A stretch of DNA of 37,544 nucleotides from NCBI GenBank assembly GCA_035466675.1, contig DATIUR010000305.1, positions 1-37,544 on the forward strand, read 5' to 3'. Source of the stretch: Anaeromyxobacteraceae bacterium. Its GTDB lineage: Bacteria > Myxococcota > Myxococcia > Myxococcales > Anaeromyxobacteraceae. Shown here piece by piece: positions 19,880 through 29,887 of this stretch; the first letter of the stretch is position 1; every line of letters starts with the position of its first letter. The position numbers and the translations under genes were made by a program. A model generated the notes under the pieces. It was not told the origin of the DNA. It searched no databases and was given only the letters and a program-made list of their open reading frames with translations.

Positions 19880-20571
19880 ATGGTCCAGTACAACAGCGAC
19901 AGCCGGGAGCTCGCGATCAAGGTCGTCTATTACGGCCCGGCCCTCTCGGGGAAGACGACCAACCTCCAGGCTCTCTTCCAGAAGATCGACGCCAGGGTGC
20001 GCGGGCGGCTCATGACGCTCGACACCAAGGACGACCGGACGCTCTTCTTCGACATGATGCCCGTCTTCTTCAAGACGAAGGCGGGCGTGAAGGTGAAGCT
20101 CAAGCTCTACACGGTGCCCGGGCAGGTGATGCACGAGTCGACCCGGCGCATCGTGCTCCAGGGCACCGACGCCATCGCGTTCGTGGCCGACAGCCGCCGC
20201 GCCGAGGCGGCCGGCACCCTCGCCTACTGGAACAACATGCTGAAGAACCTGGAGGCGAACGGGCTCGACGTGCGGACCCTGCCCATCGTCATCCAGATGA
20301 ACAAGCGCGACCTGCCCGACACCCGCGGGGACGGGGAGCTGGACGACCTGCGGCAGGTGATCGCGCCGCCGGTGGTGCCGGCCGTCGCCATCCGCGGCGA
20401 GGGCGTGGTCGAGACGCTCTACCTCCTGCTCAAGCTCTGCTACCGGAGCCTCGACCGCCACCTGTCGCTCGCGGCCAAGTGGAGCATCTCGGAGCGCGAG
20501 TTCCTGGAGCGGATCTTCTCCCACGTCGATCTCCAGGGGACGAGCATCCCGCCGCCCGGAGCCCCGGGGCC

Positions 20572-20575
<4 letters not shown>
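19880..20575 (+). CDS. MglA-family small Ras-like GTPase (SofG-like paralogue)
   Basis: [16 protein letters not shown] (G1), DRTLFFD (G2), YTVPGQ (G3), NKRD (G4), AVAIRGEGV (G5), plus a C-terminal extension. No mglB gene adjacent. Confidence 0.9.
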
Positions 20576-21960
<1,385 letters not shown>

Positions 21961-21975
21961 ACTCCCGCCGGCCCC

Positions 21976-22989
21976 ATGCCGCGTCGTCGCCCGCTCGGCG
22001 AATTCGAGCTCATCGACCTCTTCACGCGCGCCCTGCCCCTGGGGGGCGAGGGCGTCCGGGTGGGCGTGGGCGACGACGCCGCGGCCCTGGCGCCCCCGCG
22101 GGGAGAGCTGCTGGTGGTCACCGCCGACGCCGTGGTGGACGGCGTCCACTTCGACCGCCGGTTCCGACCGGAGGAGATCGGGTGGAAGGCGCTCGCGGTG
22201 AACCTCTCCGACCTGGCCGCGATGGGGGCGCGGCCGCTCTGGGCCCTGGTGGCGCTCGGCCTCGTGCCCGGGACCCCCGCCGCCCGGATCGCCGGGATCG
22301 CGCGGGGGCTGGGCCGTTGCGCCCGCGCCCACGGCGTGGCGGTGGTGGGAGGCAACGTCACGCGGGCGCGTCAGCTCTCGCTGACCGTGACCGCCCTGGG
22401 GGGCGCCCGCCCGGGCCTGCTGCTCCGCCGGGACGGGGCGCACGTCGGCGACGCGGTGCTCGTCTCCGGCACGCTCGGGGACGCCGCCCTCGGGCTCGGG
22501 CGGGGGGCGGCCCCGGCGCTGGTCCGCAAACAGCGCATGCCGGAGCCGCGCCTGGCGCTGGGCCGGGCCCTGGCCGGCATCGCCACCGCGGCCGTCGACG
22601 TGTCGGACGGGCTCGTCCAGGACCTGGGGCACCTCTGTCGCGCCTCCGGGGTGGGCGCCAGCCTGCGCCTCGCGGAGCTGCCGCTCTCGGCGGCCTACCG
22701 GCGGGCCGTGCGGGGGCGCTCCGACCCGTGGGCGGCGGCCCTGGCGGGAGGGGAGGACTACGAGCTCGCCGTGACCACGCCGGTCCGCCGGGTTCCGCAG
22801 GCGCTGCGGGCGGCGCGCCGCGCGGGCACGGAGCTCTCGGTGGTGGGGTCGATCGTGCCGGGGTCGGGCGTCCAGGTGGTGCGGTGCCAGGGGGGTCTCC
22901 ACGCACCGCCGCGGGGCCACGACCACCTGTCGCGCACCCCCCGCTCTTTGACTTCACCCGCCGAGCCCTTAGTATCCGTGCTGCCCTGA
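21976..22989 (+). CDS. thiL: Thiamine-monophosphate kinase ThiL
   Basis: [47 protein letters not shown] and GHDHL. Confidence 0.95.
   Translation: MPRRRPLGEFELIDLFTRALPLGGEGVRVGVGDDAAALAPPRGELLVVTADAVVDGVHFDRRFRPEEIGWKALAVNLSDLAAMGARPLWALVALGLVPGTPAARIAGIARGLGRCARAHGVAVVGGNVTRARQLSLTVTALGGARPGLLLRRDGAHVGDAVLVSGTLGDAALGLGRGAAPALVRKQRMPEPRLALGRALAGIATAAVDVSDGLVQDLGHLCRASGVGASLRLAELPLSAAYRRAVRGRSDPWAAALAGGEDYELAVTTPVRRVPQALRAARRAGTELSVVGSIVPGSGVQVVRCQGGLHAPPRGHDHLSRTPRSLTSPAEPLVSVLP
22948..22975 (+). promoter_or_regulatory. Putative sigma70 promoter for the dif-like cluster, inside the thiL 3' tail
   Basis: TTGACT (22948-22953), 16 nt, TAGTAT (22970-22975), just upstream of the MCP start. Confidence 0.55.
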
Positions 22990-24380
22990 TGGCACGCGCC
23001 GGCCGAGACGATCGGATCCAGTCCATGCGCCCGAGCGCGCGCTGGCAGGACGCCCCGCACCTGGTGGCGCTCCGGGGACGGGCGGCCGAGCCCGTGCAGC
23101 GCGCGGTGCCGCAGCGGGCCGGGCGGACCGTCTCCCTGCAGGGGAAGATCCTCACCTCCTACCTGATCGTGGGCGGCGTGCTCTTCTTCGCGGTGCCCTT
23201 CCTGCAGGAGCGGATCGGCAACGTGGTCGTCAGCGGCGCGATCTCCCTGGCCCTCACGCTCGCGCTCGGGTTCGCCCTGACCGTCTCCATCGCCCGGGTG
23301 GCGCGCATCGGCCGCCTCAAGGGCTCCGCCGTCGAGATCAGCGCCGGCGACCTCTCCAAGGCCGTGCTCTCCGAGGAGCAGCACTCGTTCCACGACGAGA
23401 TCGACGACCTCACCGAGGCCATCCGGACCATGCAGGAGAACCTGCGGGACCTGGTCTCGCGGATCCAGCGGACGGCCCAGTCCGTGGCCGAGAGCGCCAA
23501 CGACCTGCAGACCTCGGCGGAAGACGTGAACGCGTCCACCGACGAGGTCGCTTCCTCCATGGAGAAGATCGCCACGGGCGCGGTCCAGCAGTCGGACCTG
23601 GTCGAGCGCACCTCCAAGGTGATCGGGGAGATCGCCGCCTCCATCGAGCGGACCGCCCGGAGCGCGGAGGAGGCGGCCCGCGCCTCGGCCGAGACCTCCT
23701 CCTCCGCCGCCAGCGGCGGCGACGCGGCCCGGCTGGCCGGCGAGAAGGTCAAGAAGGTGTTCGCGCGGATCGAGGCGGCCAGCGAGCAGGTGTTCGCCTT
23801 CGGCGAGCGGACCAAGGAGATCTCCAAGATCGTGGAGGCGATCACCCAGGTGGCCAACCAGACCAACCTGCTCGCCCTGAACGCCACCATCGAGGCGGCC
23901 CGGGCCGGCGAGTACGGGCGCGGCTTCGCGGTGGTCGCCGAGGAGGTGCGCAAGCTGGCCGAGAGCGCCGGGCGGTCCGCCGAGCAGATCTCCGGGCTGG
24001 CGGCCGACATCTCCAGCCGGGCCGCCACCGTGGTCGACACCATGAAGGAGTCGGTGGACGAGCTGGGCGAGGGGCGGGAGGACCTGAACGCCATCATCCT
24101 GACGCTGGCCGAGATCGCCAAGATCGCCGCCACCGGCGCGAACAAGGTCGGCGTGATCTCGCAGTCGGCCCGGGACCAGCTCAAGGGCTCCGCGGACATG
24201 GTCCAGGCCATGGACCACATCTCGGACGTGGCCACCGGGAACGCCACCGCCACCGAGCAGGTGCGCAAGGTGACGGCCGAGCAGACCGCCGCGGTGGCGC
24301 AGATGGCGAGCGCGGCCCAGGAGCTCACCAACCTCTCGCTCGAGCTCCAGACCGTGGTCTCGCGGTTCCGGCTCGGGTAG
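22989..24380 (+). CDS. difA: Methyl-accepting chemotaxis protein, DifA-like (two TM helices, almost no periplasmic domain)
   Basis: C-terminal part of the 1198-aa ORF; start ATG at 22989 or 23025. Two closely spaced TM helices, HAMP (GDLS...DEIDDL) and signalling tip [34 protein letters not shown]. Confidence 0.85.
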   Translation: MARAGRDDRIQSMRPSARWQDAPHLVALRGRAAEPVQRAVPQRAGRTVSLQGKILTSYLIVGGVLFFAVPFLQERIGNVVVSGAISLALTLALGFALTVSIARVARIGRLKGSAVEISAGDLSKAVLSEEQHSFHDEIDDLTEAIRTMQENLRDLVSRIQRTAQSVAESANDLQTSAEDVNASTDEVASSMEKIATGAVQQSDLVERTSKVIGEIAASIERTARSAEEAARASAETSSSAASGGDAARLAGEKVKKVFARIEAASEQVFAFGERTKEISKIVEAITQVANQTNLLALNATIEAARAGEYGRGFAVVAEEVRKLAESAGRSAEQISGLAADISSRAATVVDTMKESVDELGEGREDLNAIILTLAEIAKIAATGANKVGVISQSARDQLKGSADMVQAMDHISDVATGNATATEQVRKVTAEQTAAVAQMASAAQELTNLSLELQTVVSRFRLG

Positions 24381-24389
24381 GAGGATCGC

Positions 24390-24872
24390 GTGGAGGACGC
24401 GGAACGCGACGCCGTGGCACCGGAGCCGGCGTCGCGGCCGGCGGCGGAGGCGGAGCCGGTTCGCCACGTGGTGTTCCGGCTGGCCTCGGAGCGGTACGCG
24501 CTCCCCCTGGACGCCGTGCGGGAGGTGGTGGTGCCCCAGGCCCCGTTCGCCCGGGTGCCGCGCGCCTCGGAGGCCGTGCGGGGCGTCATGAACCTGCGGG
24601 GGCGGGTGGTGGCGGTGGTGGATCTGGCCTCGCTGGTGGGGCTGCCGCCGCAGCCGCTGGTGGCGGGGTCGGGGCACGTGCTGCTGCTCGACCGCGACAA
24701 GCGCGCGCTGGGCCTGCTGGTCGGCGGCGTGCTGGGCGTCGAGCCGCTCCCGCCGGTCGAGCCCGGCTCCGGGGTCGTGCGCGGCGTCGCGTCCGCACGG
24801 GTGGGGGCAGTCACCCTGCTCGCGCCGGACGCGCTCGCCGCCGAGGCGGCGAGCCTCTTCGGCGGGAGGTAG
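24390..24872 (+). CDS. cheW: Chemotaxis coupling protein CheW (DifC-like)
   Basis: VVFRLASERYALPLDAVREVV, RVPRA...VRGVMNLRGRVVAVVDL. GGAGG RBS upstream. Confidence 0.92.
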   Translation: MEDAERDAVAPEPASRPAAEAEPVRHVVFRLASERYALPLDAVREVVVPQAPFARVPRASEAVRGVMNLRGRVVAVVDLASLVGLPPQPLVAGSGHVLLLDRDKRALGLLVGGVLGVEPLPPVEPGSGVVRGVASARVGAVTLLAPDALAAEAASLFGGR

Positions 24873-24902
24873 GGCGGGGTGCTCCTTCCGGGGTCCGCGA
24901 AG

Positions 24903-24932
24903 TTGTCCGCCCCGTCGCAGCGGTGATAGCTT
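24903..24932 (+). promoter_or_regulatory. Putative internal promoter upstream of cheY (difD)
   Basis: TTGTCC (24903-24908), 18 nt, extended -10 TG-a-TAGCTT (24924-24932), then GGAGGAG RBS. Confidence 0.5.
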
Positions 24933-24955
24933 CGGGCCCGGAGGAGTCTCCCCCC

Positions 24956-25324
24956 ATGCCGAAGAAAGTCCTCATCGTGGACGACGCGATCTTCATGCGC
25001 AACATGATCAAGGACATCTTCTCCGGGAGCGGCTTCGAGGTGGTGGGCGAGGCGGCCAACGGCCTCGAGGCGGTGGAGAAGTACAAGGAGCTGCGCCCCG
25101 ACCTCACCACCATGGACATCGTGATGCCCTTCAAGAGCGGCATCGAGGCCACGCGCGAGATCATCAAGCACGACGGCAAGGCGGTCATCGTGATGTGCAG
25201 CGCGCTCGGCCAGGAGTCGCTCGTGATGGAGGCCATCGAGGCCGGCGCGAGCGACTTCATCGTGAAGCCGTTCAAGTCCGAGGACGTCCTGTCGGTGGTG
25301 AGGAAGGTGCTGGGCGACGCCTAG
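24956..25324 (+). CDS. cheY: Single-domain response regulator CheY (DifD-like)
   Basis: Start ATG at 24956. KVLIVDDAIFMR, DLTTMDIVMP (phosphoacceptor Asp), CSALGQ and FIVKPF. Confidence 0.95.
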   Translation: MPKKVLIVDDAIFMRNMIKDIFSGSGFEVVGEAANGLEAVEKYKELRPDLTTMDIVMPFKSGIEATREIIKHDGKAVIVMCSALGQESLVMEAIEAGASDFIVKPFKSEDVLSVVRKVLGDA

Positions 25325-25344
25325 ACCCTGGCGCTCGTCGCCCC

Positions 25345-27303
25345 GTGCCCTTCGACCTCGCCAAGTACCTCTCCCTCTTCGTCGCCGAGGCGGCCGAGCA
25401 CCTGGCCGCCTACTCGAAGGGGCTGGTCGAGCTGGAGAGGGCGATCCGGTCGGACTCCGGAGAGACCCGCGCCATCGTGGACGGGCTCTTCCGCCACGCG
25501 CACAGCCTGAAGGGCATGGCCGCCTCGATGCAGCTCGACGGGATCTCGGCCCTGGCCCACAAGGCCGAGGACCTGGTGGACGCCCTCCGCAAGGGCGCGA
25601 CCGTCGACGCCGGCGCGGTGGACCTGCTCCTTTCGGCGGGCGACGCCCTGCACGACATGGTGGCGGCCGCCTCCCGCGGCGAGCGCCCGGACCCGCCCCC
25701 GCTGCTCCTGGCGCGGCTCGACGAGGCCGTTCGCGGGCGGAAGGACGCTCGAGCGGATCCGCCCCCCGCCCCGGCCCCCGCCGCCCCTCCGCCGCCGCAC
25801 CCGGCGGAGGGCCCGTCGCTGGGTCGCGCCGCGAGACGCGTCCAGGTCGAGGTGGAGATCGCCGGCAGCTGCCCGGTGCCGGCCGTTCGCGGGTTCCTGG
25901 TGGTGAAGAAGCTCTCGGCCCTGGGCGGGATGGTCCGGTCCACCCCCTCGGTCGAGGACCTCAAGGCCGGCCGGATCCCGGGCAAGCGGCTCGAGGTGAC
26001 CATCGACACGGGCGAGACGCTCCAGGCCATGGAGCGGGCGCTCGCCCAGATCTCCGACATCGCCTCGGTCTCCCTGCGCGAAGCCGGCGCGGAGCCGCAG
26101 CCGGAGAGGGCGCCGGCGGCCGCTCCGGCGGCGAGCGCGGCGGACGCGCCGCGCACGGTGCGGGTGCGCACCGAGATCCTCGACTACTTCCTCGACGCGG
26201 TGGGCGAGCTGCTCCTCGCCACCGCCCGGCTCCGCGAGGTGGGCAGGACCCTCCCGCCCTCCCACCGGCCGCAGCTGGACGAGGGCGTCGACCGCCTGCA
26301 CGGCATCGTGAAGGACCTGCACGACAAGGTGATGACCGTCCGCATGACGCCGCTGGCGGTGGTCACCGAGCGCCTGCCGCGCGCGGCGCGCGACGTGGCC
26401 CGCAAGGTGGGCAAGCAGGTCGAGGTCGAGGTCCAGGGGGCGGAGATCGAGATCGACCGGGCCATCCTGGAGGACCTGGGCGATCCGCTCGTGCACGTGC
26501 TCCGGAACGCGGTGGACCACGGCATCGAGCCGCCGGAGGCGAGGGTGCGGGCCGGCAAGCCGGCCGCCGGCCGCGTCTCGGTGCGCGCGCGCCGCGAGCG
26601 GGACCGGGTCATCCTGGAGGTGGCCGACGACGGCCGGGGCATGGACCCGGCCCGGCTGCGGGCGGCGGCGGTGGCGCGCGGCGCGCTGCGGGCGGAGGCG
26701 GCCGCCGCGCTGAGCGACCGCGAGGCGCTCCAGCTGGCCTGCCTGCCGGGGATCTCCACCGCGGAGGCGGTCACCGACGTCTCCGGCCGGGGGGTGGGCC
26801 TGGACGTGGTGAAGAAGACCGTGGAGACGCTGGGAGGCACGCTGGAGATCGACAGCGCCCGGGGCGTCGGGACCCGCTTCACCTTCCGCCTGCCGCTCAC
26901 CGTGGCGGTGCAGCAGGTCCTGCTCGTGCGCGTGGGCGAGGAGGTGCTCGGGCTCCCCATCACCAAGGTCCACGGGGCGGCGCAGGTGGAGCTGTCCCGG
27001 CTCGACCGGAGCCGGGGCGCCCCGGTCCTGCCCGTGGGCGAGGACCTCGTCCCGGTGCACGACCTCTCGCACCTGCTCGGCTTCCCCGAGCACGCCGCCC
27101 GGGGTGAGCGCGCGGTGGTGGTGGCGGAGGGCGCCGACGGCTGGATCGGGCTCGCGGTGGACGCCTTGCTCGGACAGCAGGAGGCGGTGCTGAAGCCGCT
27201 CGGGCCCCCGCTCGAGGGCCTGCCCGGGCTCTCCGCCGTCACGGTCCTGGGGAACGGGCGCCCGGTCTTCATCCTCGACGTGCCGAGGCTCCTCGCCGCA
27301 TGA
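25345..27303 (+). CDS. cheA: Chemotaxis histidine kinase CheA (DifE-like)
   Basis: Start GTG at 25345. Hpt FRHAHSLKGMAA, Pro-rich linker, P2-like domain, dimerisation domain, HVLRNAVDHGIE, DDGRG, DVSGRGVGLDVV and C-terminal CheW domain. Confidence 0.95.
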   Translation: MPFDLAKYLSLFVAEAAEHLAAYSKGLVELERAIRSDSGETRAIVDGLFRHAHSLKGMAASMQLDGISALAHKAEDLVDALRKGATVDAGAVDLLLSAGDALHDMVAAASRGERPDPPPLLLARLDEAVRGRKDARADPPPAPAPAAPPPPHPAEGPSLGRAARRVQVEVEIAGSCPVPAVRGFLVVKKLSALGGMVRSTPSVEDLKAGRIPGKRLEVTIDTGETLQAMERALAQISDIASVSLREAGAEPQPERAPAAAPAASAADAPRTVRVRTEILDYFLDAVGELLLATARLREVGRTLPPSHRPQLDEGVDRLHGIVKDLHDKVMTVRMTPLAVVTERLPRAARDVARKVGKQVEVEVQGAEIEIDRAILEDLGDPLVHVLRNAVDHGIEPPEARVRAGKPAAGRVSVRARRERDRVILEVADDGRGMDPARLRAAAVARGALRAEAAAALSDREALQLACLPGISTAEAVTDVSGRGVGLDVVKKTVETLGGTLEIDSARGVGTRFTFRLPLTVAVQQVLLVRVGEEVLGLPITKVHGAAQVELSRLDRSRGAPVLPVGEDLVPVHDLSHLLGFPEHAARGERAVVVAEGADGWIGLAVDALLGQQEAVLKPLGPPLEGLPGLSAVTVLGNGRPVFILDVPRLLAA

Positions 27304-27899
27304 GCGGGCGGGGCTTCGAGCCGCGGGCCGTGGACGCGCTCCAGGAGCTCGCCTCGATCGGGTGCGGCCAGGCCATCACCGCCCTGGGGAAGCTCCTCCA
27401 CCGGCGCCTGGAGATGGACGTGCCCGAGGCCTGGATCGGCGCGGGAGCCGGCGCGATCGCCTCCTTCCTGGGAGAGCTGGGCGAGGACCTGGTGGCGGTG
27501 GGGGTGAAGCTGGAGGGGCCGCTCACCGGCGACCTGCTCCTGGCGCTGCCGGAGGGCGACGCGGAGAGGCTGGCCGCCCTGCTCGGCCACCCCGCCGGCG
27601 CCGGCGGCTTCGGCACCATGGCCGAGAGCGCCCTCCTCGAGTCCGGCAACATCGTGGGCAGCGCCTTCGTCTCCGCGGTGGCGGCGCTGGTGGGGGAGAA
27701 GCTCCTCCTCTCCGTGCCGAGCCTCGTTCGGGGGAGCGGGCGCGCCTGCGTCGAGGCGCTGGTGGCGCACGCCGGCTCGGTCGCCCTCGCCACCCGGTTC
27801 ACCTGCAGCGAGCCGGGGTCGGCCCTGGAGGGGCTCATCCTGGTCATGCCCGAGCCGGAACGCATCGCCAGGCTGCTCTCGGGCCTCGATCTCGGCTAA
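27300..27899 (+). CDS. cheC: CheC-family phosphatase (DifG-like)
   Basis: DALQELASIGCGQAITAL and SALLESGNIVGSAF repeats. The first ExxN site reads ELAS; the second (ESGN) is intact. Confidence 0.9.
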   Translation: MSGRGFEPRAVDALQELASIGCGQAITALGKLLHRRLEMDVPEAWIGAGAGAIASFLGELGEDLVAVGVKLEGPLTGDLLLALPEGDAERLAALLGHPAGAGGFGTMAESALLESGNIVGSAFVSAVAALVGEKLLLSVPSLVRGSGRACVEALVAHAGSVALATRFTCSEPGSALEGLILVMPEPERIARLLSGLDLG

Positions 27900-27909
27900 G
27901 TAGACCGCC

Positions 27910-28659
27910 GTGGACGAACGAACCCTGCGCAGGCTGCTCGCCCGCGTGAAGGCCGGGGAGGCGACCGTCGGCGAGGCGGTGGCCGCCCTCAAGGCCGCCC
28001 CGTTCGAGCGGCTGGGGGACCTGGCGACGCTCGACACGCACCGGGCCCTGCGCCACGGCATGCCCGAGGTGGTCCTGGCCGAGGGGAAGACCGCGGCCCA
28101 GGTGGCCACCATCGCGCGGCGGCTGGCGGCGCGGGGGCCGTTGCTCGTCACCCGCCTCGCGCCGGAGAAGGCCGGCCCGGCGCGGCGCGCCGTCCGGGGG
28201 GCCCGGTACGACCCGGTCTCGCGCACGCTCTCCCGGGGGCGGATGGACCTCCCGGTGCGCGGTCCGGTGGCGGTCTGCTGCGCCGGGACGAGCGACATCC
28301 CGGTCTGCGAGGAGGCGGTCGTCACCCTCGGGGTGATGGGGGTCGAGGCGATCCGGGTGTACGACGTGGGCGTGGCAGGCCTGCACCGGCTGCTGGCCCG
28401 GCGGGCGGACCTGGAGCGGGCCGTGGCGGTGGTGGTGGCGGCGGGAATGGAGGGCGCGCTGCCCAGCGTGGTGGGCGGCCTGGTGGGCCGGCCGGTGATC
28501 GGCGTGCCCACCTCGATCGGCTACGGCGCCTCCTTGGGCGGGATCGCCCCGCTCCTCGCCATGCTCAACTCGTGCGCGCCGAACGTCACCGTGGTGAACG
28601 TGGACAACGGCTTCGGGGCCGCCTTCGTGGCGGGCCTGGTGGCCCGGACGGGAACGTGA
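27910..28659 (+). CDS. larB: Nickel-pincer cofactor biosynthesis carboxylase LarB (PurE-like)
   Basis: [66 protein letters not shown] and MLNSC...[11 protein letters not shown]. Confidence 0.95.
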   Translation: MDERTLRRLLARVKAGEATVGEAVAALKAAPFERLGDLATLDTHRALRHGMPEVVLAEGKTAAQVATIARRLAARGPLLVTRLAPEKAGPARRAVRGARYDPVSRTLSRGRMDLPVRGPVAVCCAGTSDIPVCEEAVVTLGVMGVEAIRVYDVGVAGLHRLLARRADLERAVAVVVAAGMEGALPSVVGGLVGRPVIGVPTSIGYGASLGGIAPLLAMLNSCAPNVTVVNVDNGFGAAFVAGLVARTGT

Positions 28660-29861
28660 CCCCGCTCGTCCTGCTCGAGCCGATCGGCGGAATCGCGGGG
28701 GACATGTTCCTGGCCGCGGCCCTCGACGCCGGGGTCGACGCCGGAGCCCTGGAGGCCGCCCTCCGCACGCTCGAGCTGCCCGGCTGGCGCCTCTCCACGT
28801 CGAGGCGCACGTCGGGAGGCATCGCCGGGACGCACGTCGAGGTGGTGGTCGAGGGGCGGGGGCCCGAGGCGCGGTCCCTGGCGGAGATCCTGGACCTCGT
28901 CGATCGCAGCGGCCTCTCCGCCCGCGCGCGCGCCGCGGCGCGGGAGGTGTTCGAGCGCATCGGCCGGGCCGAGGCGAAGGTCCACGGCGTGCCCGTCGCC
29001 GAGGTCCACTTCCACGAGGTCGGCGCCGTGGACTCGTTCGTGGACGTGTGCGGCGCGGCGGTGGCGCTAGACCTGCTCGGCTGGCCCCGCGTCGTCTGCG
29101 CGCCTCCCGAGCTGGGCAGCGGGACGACGCGCACCGCCCACGGGGCCCTCCCGGTGCCGCCGCCCGCGGTGCTGGAGCTCCTGGCCGGTAAGCCGATCCG
29201 GCCGGGCGGCCCACCGGGCGAGGCCGTCACGCCCACGGGCGCGGCGATCCTGGCCGCGTTCGCGGAGATCGGCGACCTGCCGGCGATCGTCCCGGCACGG
29301 GTGGGGTACGGGCTGGGGACTGCGAGCTGGCCGGACAGGCCGAACGTCCTGAGGATGACCTTCGGGACCGAGGTCTCCCGAGGCGGTCGCCCTCCGCCTT
29401 CCGCGGACGGCGACCCGCTGTGGGTCCTGGAGGCGAACCTCGACGACTGCCCCGGGCAGCTGGTGGCGCGCGCCATGGAGGCCTGCCTCGAGGCGGGAGC
29501 GCTCGACGCCTGGGCGGCGCCCGTCACCATGAAGAAGGGCCGGACCGGGATCCTGCTCGGGGCCCTGGCGCGCGAGGAGCGGCGCGCCGCGGTCTCGCGG
29601 GCCATCCTGCTCGAGACCACCACGCTCGGGGTCCGGCGCCACCGGGTGGAGCGCGACGAGCTCGAGCGCGAGGTGGTCCAGGTGGAGACGATGTACGGGG
29701 CGGTGGGCGTGAAGGTGGCGCGGCTGGAAGGGCGCGAGGTGGGCGCCCAGCCCGAGTACGAGGACTGCGCCGCTCGTGCCCGGGAGCGCGGCGTGCCGGT
29801 GAAGGAGGTGGCCGCAGCTGCGCTGGCGTCCCACAGGGGCCGGAGGACCGGCCCCGCGTGA
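28656..29861 (+). CDS. larC: Nickel insertase LarC (single ORF)
   Basis: Start GTG at 28656, a GTGA overlap. [15 protein letters not shown]...[49 protein letters not shown] and PEYEDC. Confidence 0.93.
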   Translation: MTPLVLLEPIGGIAGDMFLAAALDAGVDAGALEAALRTLELPGWRLSTSRRTSGGIAGTHVEVVVEGRGPEARSLAEILDLVDRSGLSARARAAAREVFERIGRAEAKVHGVPVAEVHFHEVGAVDSFVDVCGAAVALDLLGWPRVVCAPPELGSGTTRTAHGALPVPPPAVLELLAGKPIRPGGPPGEAVTPTGAAILAAFAEIGDLPAIVPARVGYGLGTASWPDRPNVLRMTFGTEVSRGGRPPPSADGDPLWVLEANLDDCPGQLVARAMEACLEAGALDAWAAPVTMKKGRTGILLGALAREERRAAVSRAILLETTTLGVRRHRVERDELEREVVQVETMYGAVGVKVARLEGREVGAQPEYEDCAARARERGVPVKEVAAAALASHRGRRTGPA

Positions 29862-29867
29862 TACCAT
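29859..29867 (+). promoter_or_regulatory. Putative extended -10 promoter at the larC stop codon
   Basis: TG-a-TACCAT, followed by GGAG and a GTG at 29888. Confidence 0.35.
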
Positions 29868-29887
29868 CCGCTCCGTCCGGAGCGACG

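Noticed and set aside
19690-20571. Long N-terminal extension of the PocR kinase (756-aa ORF), suggesting a GTPase-kinase fusion or frameshift
   Set aside because: The extension is an off-frame reading of the GTPase gene. The two genes have a clean ATGA stop/start overlap and I see no slippery site.
28572-29861. Possible programmed frameshift in larC, as in Lactobacillus larC1/C2
   Set aside because: Both LarC domains are in one continuous frame and there is no internal stop.
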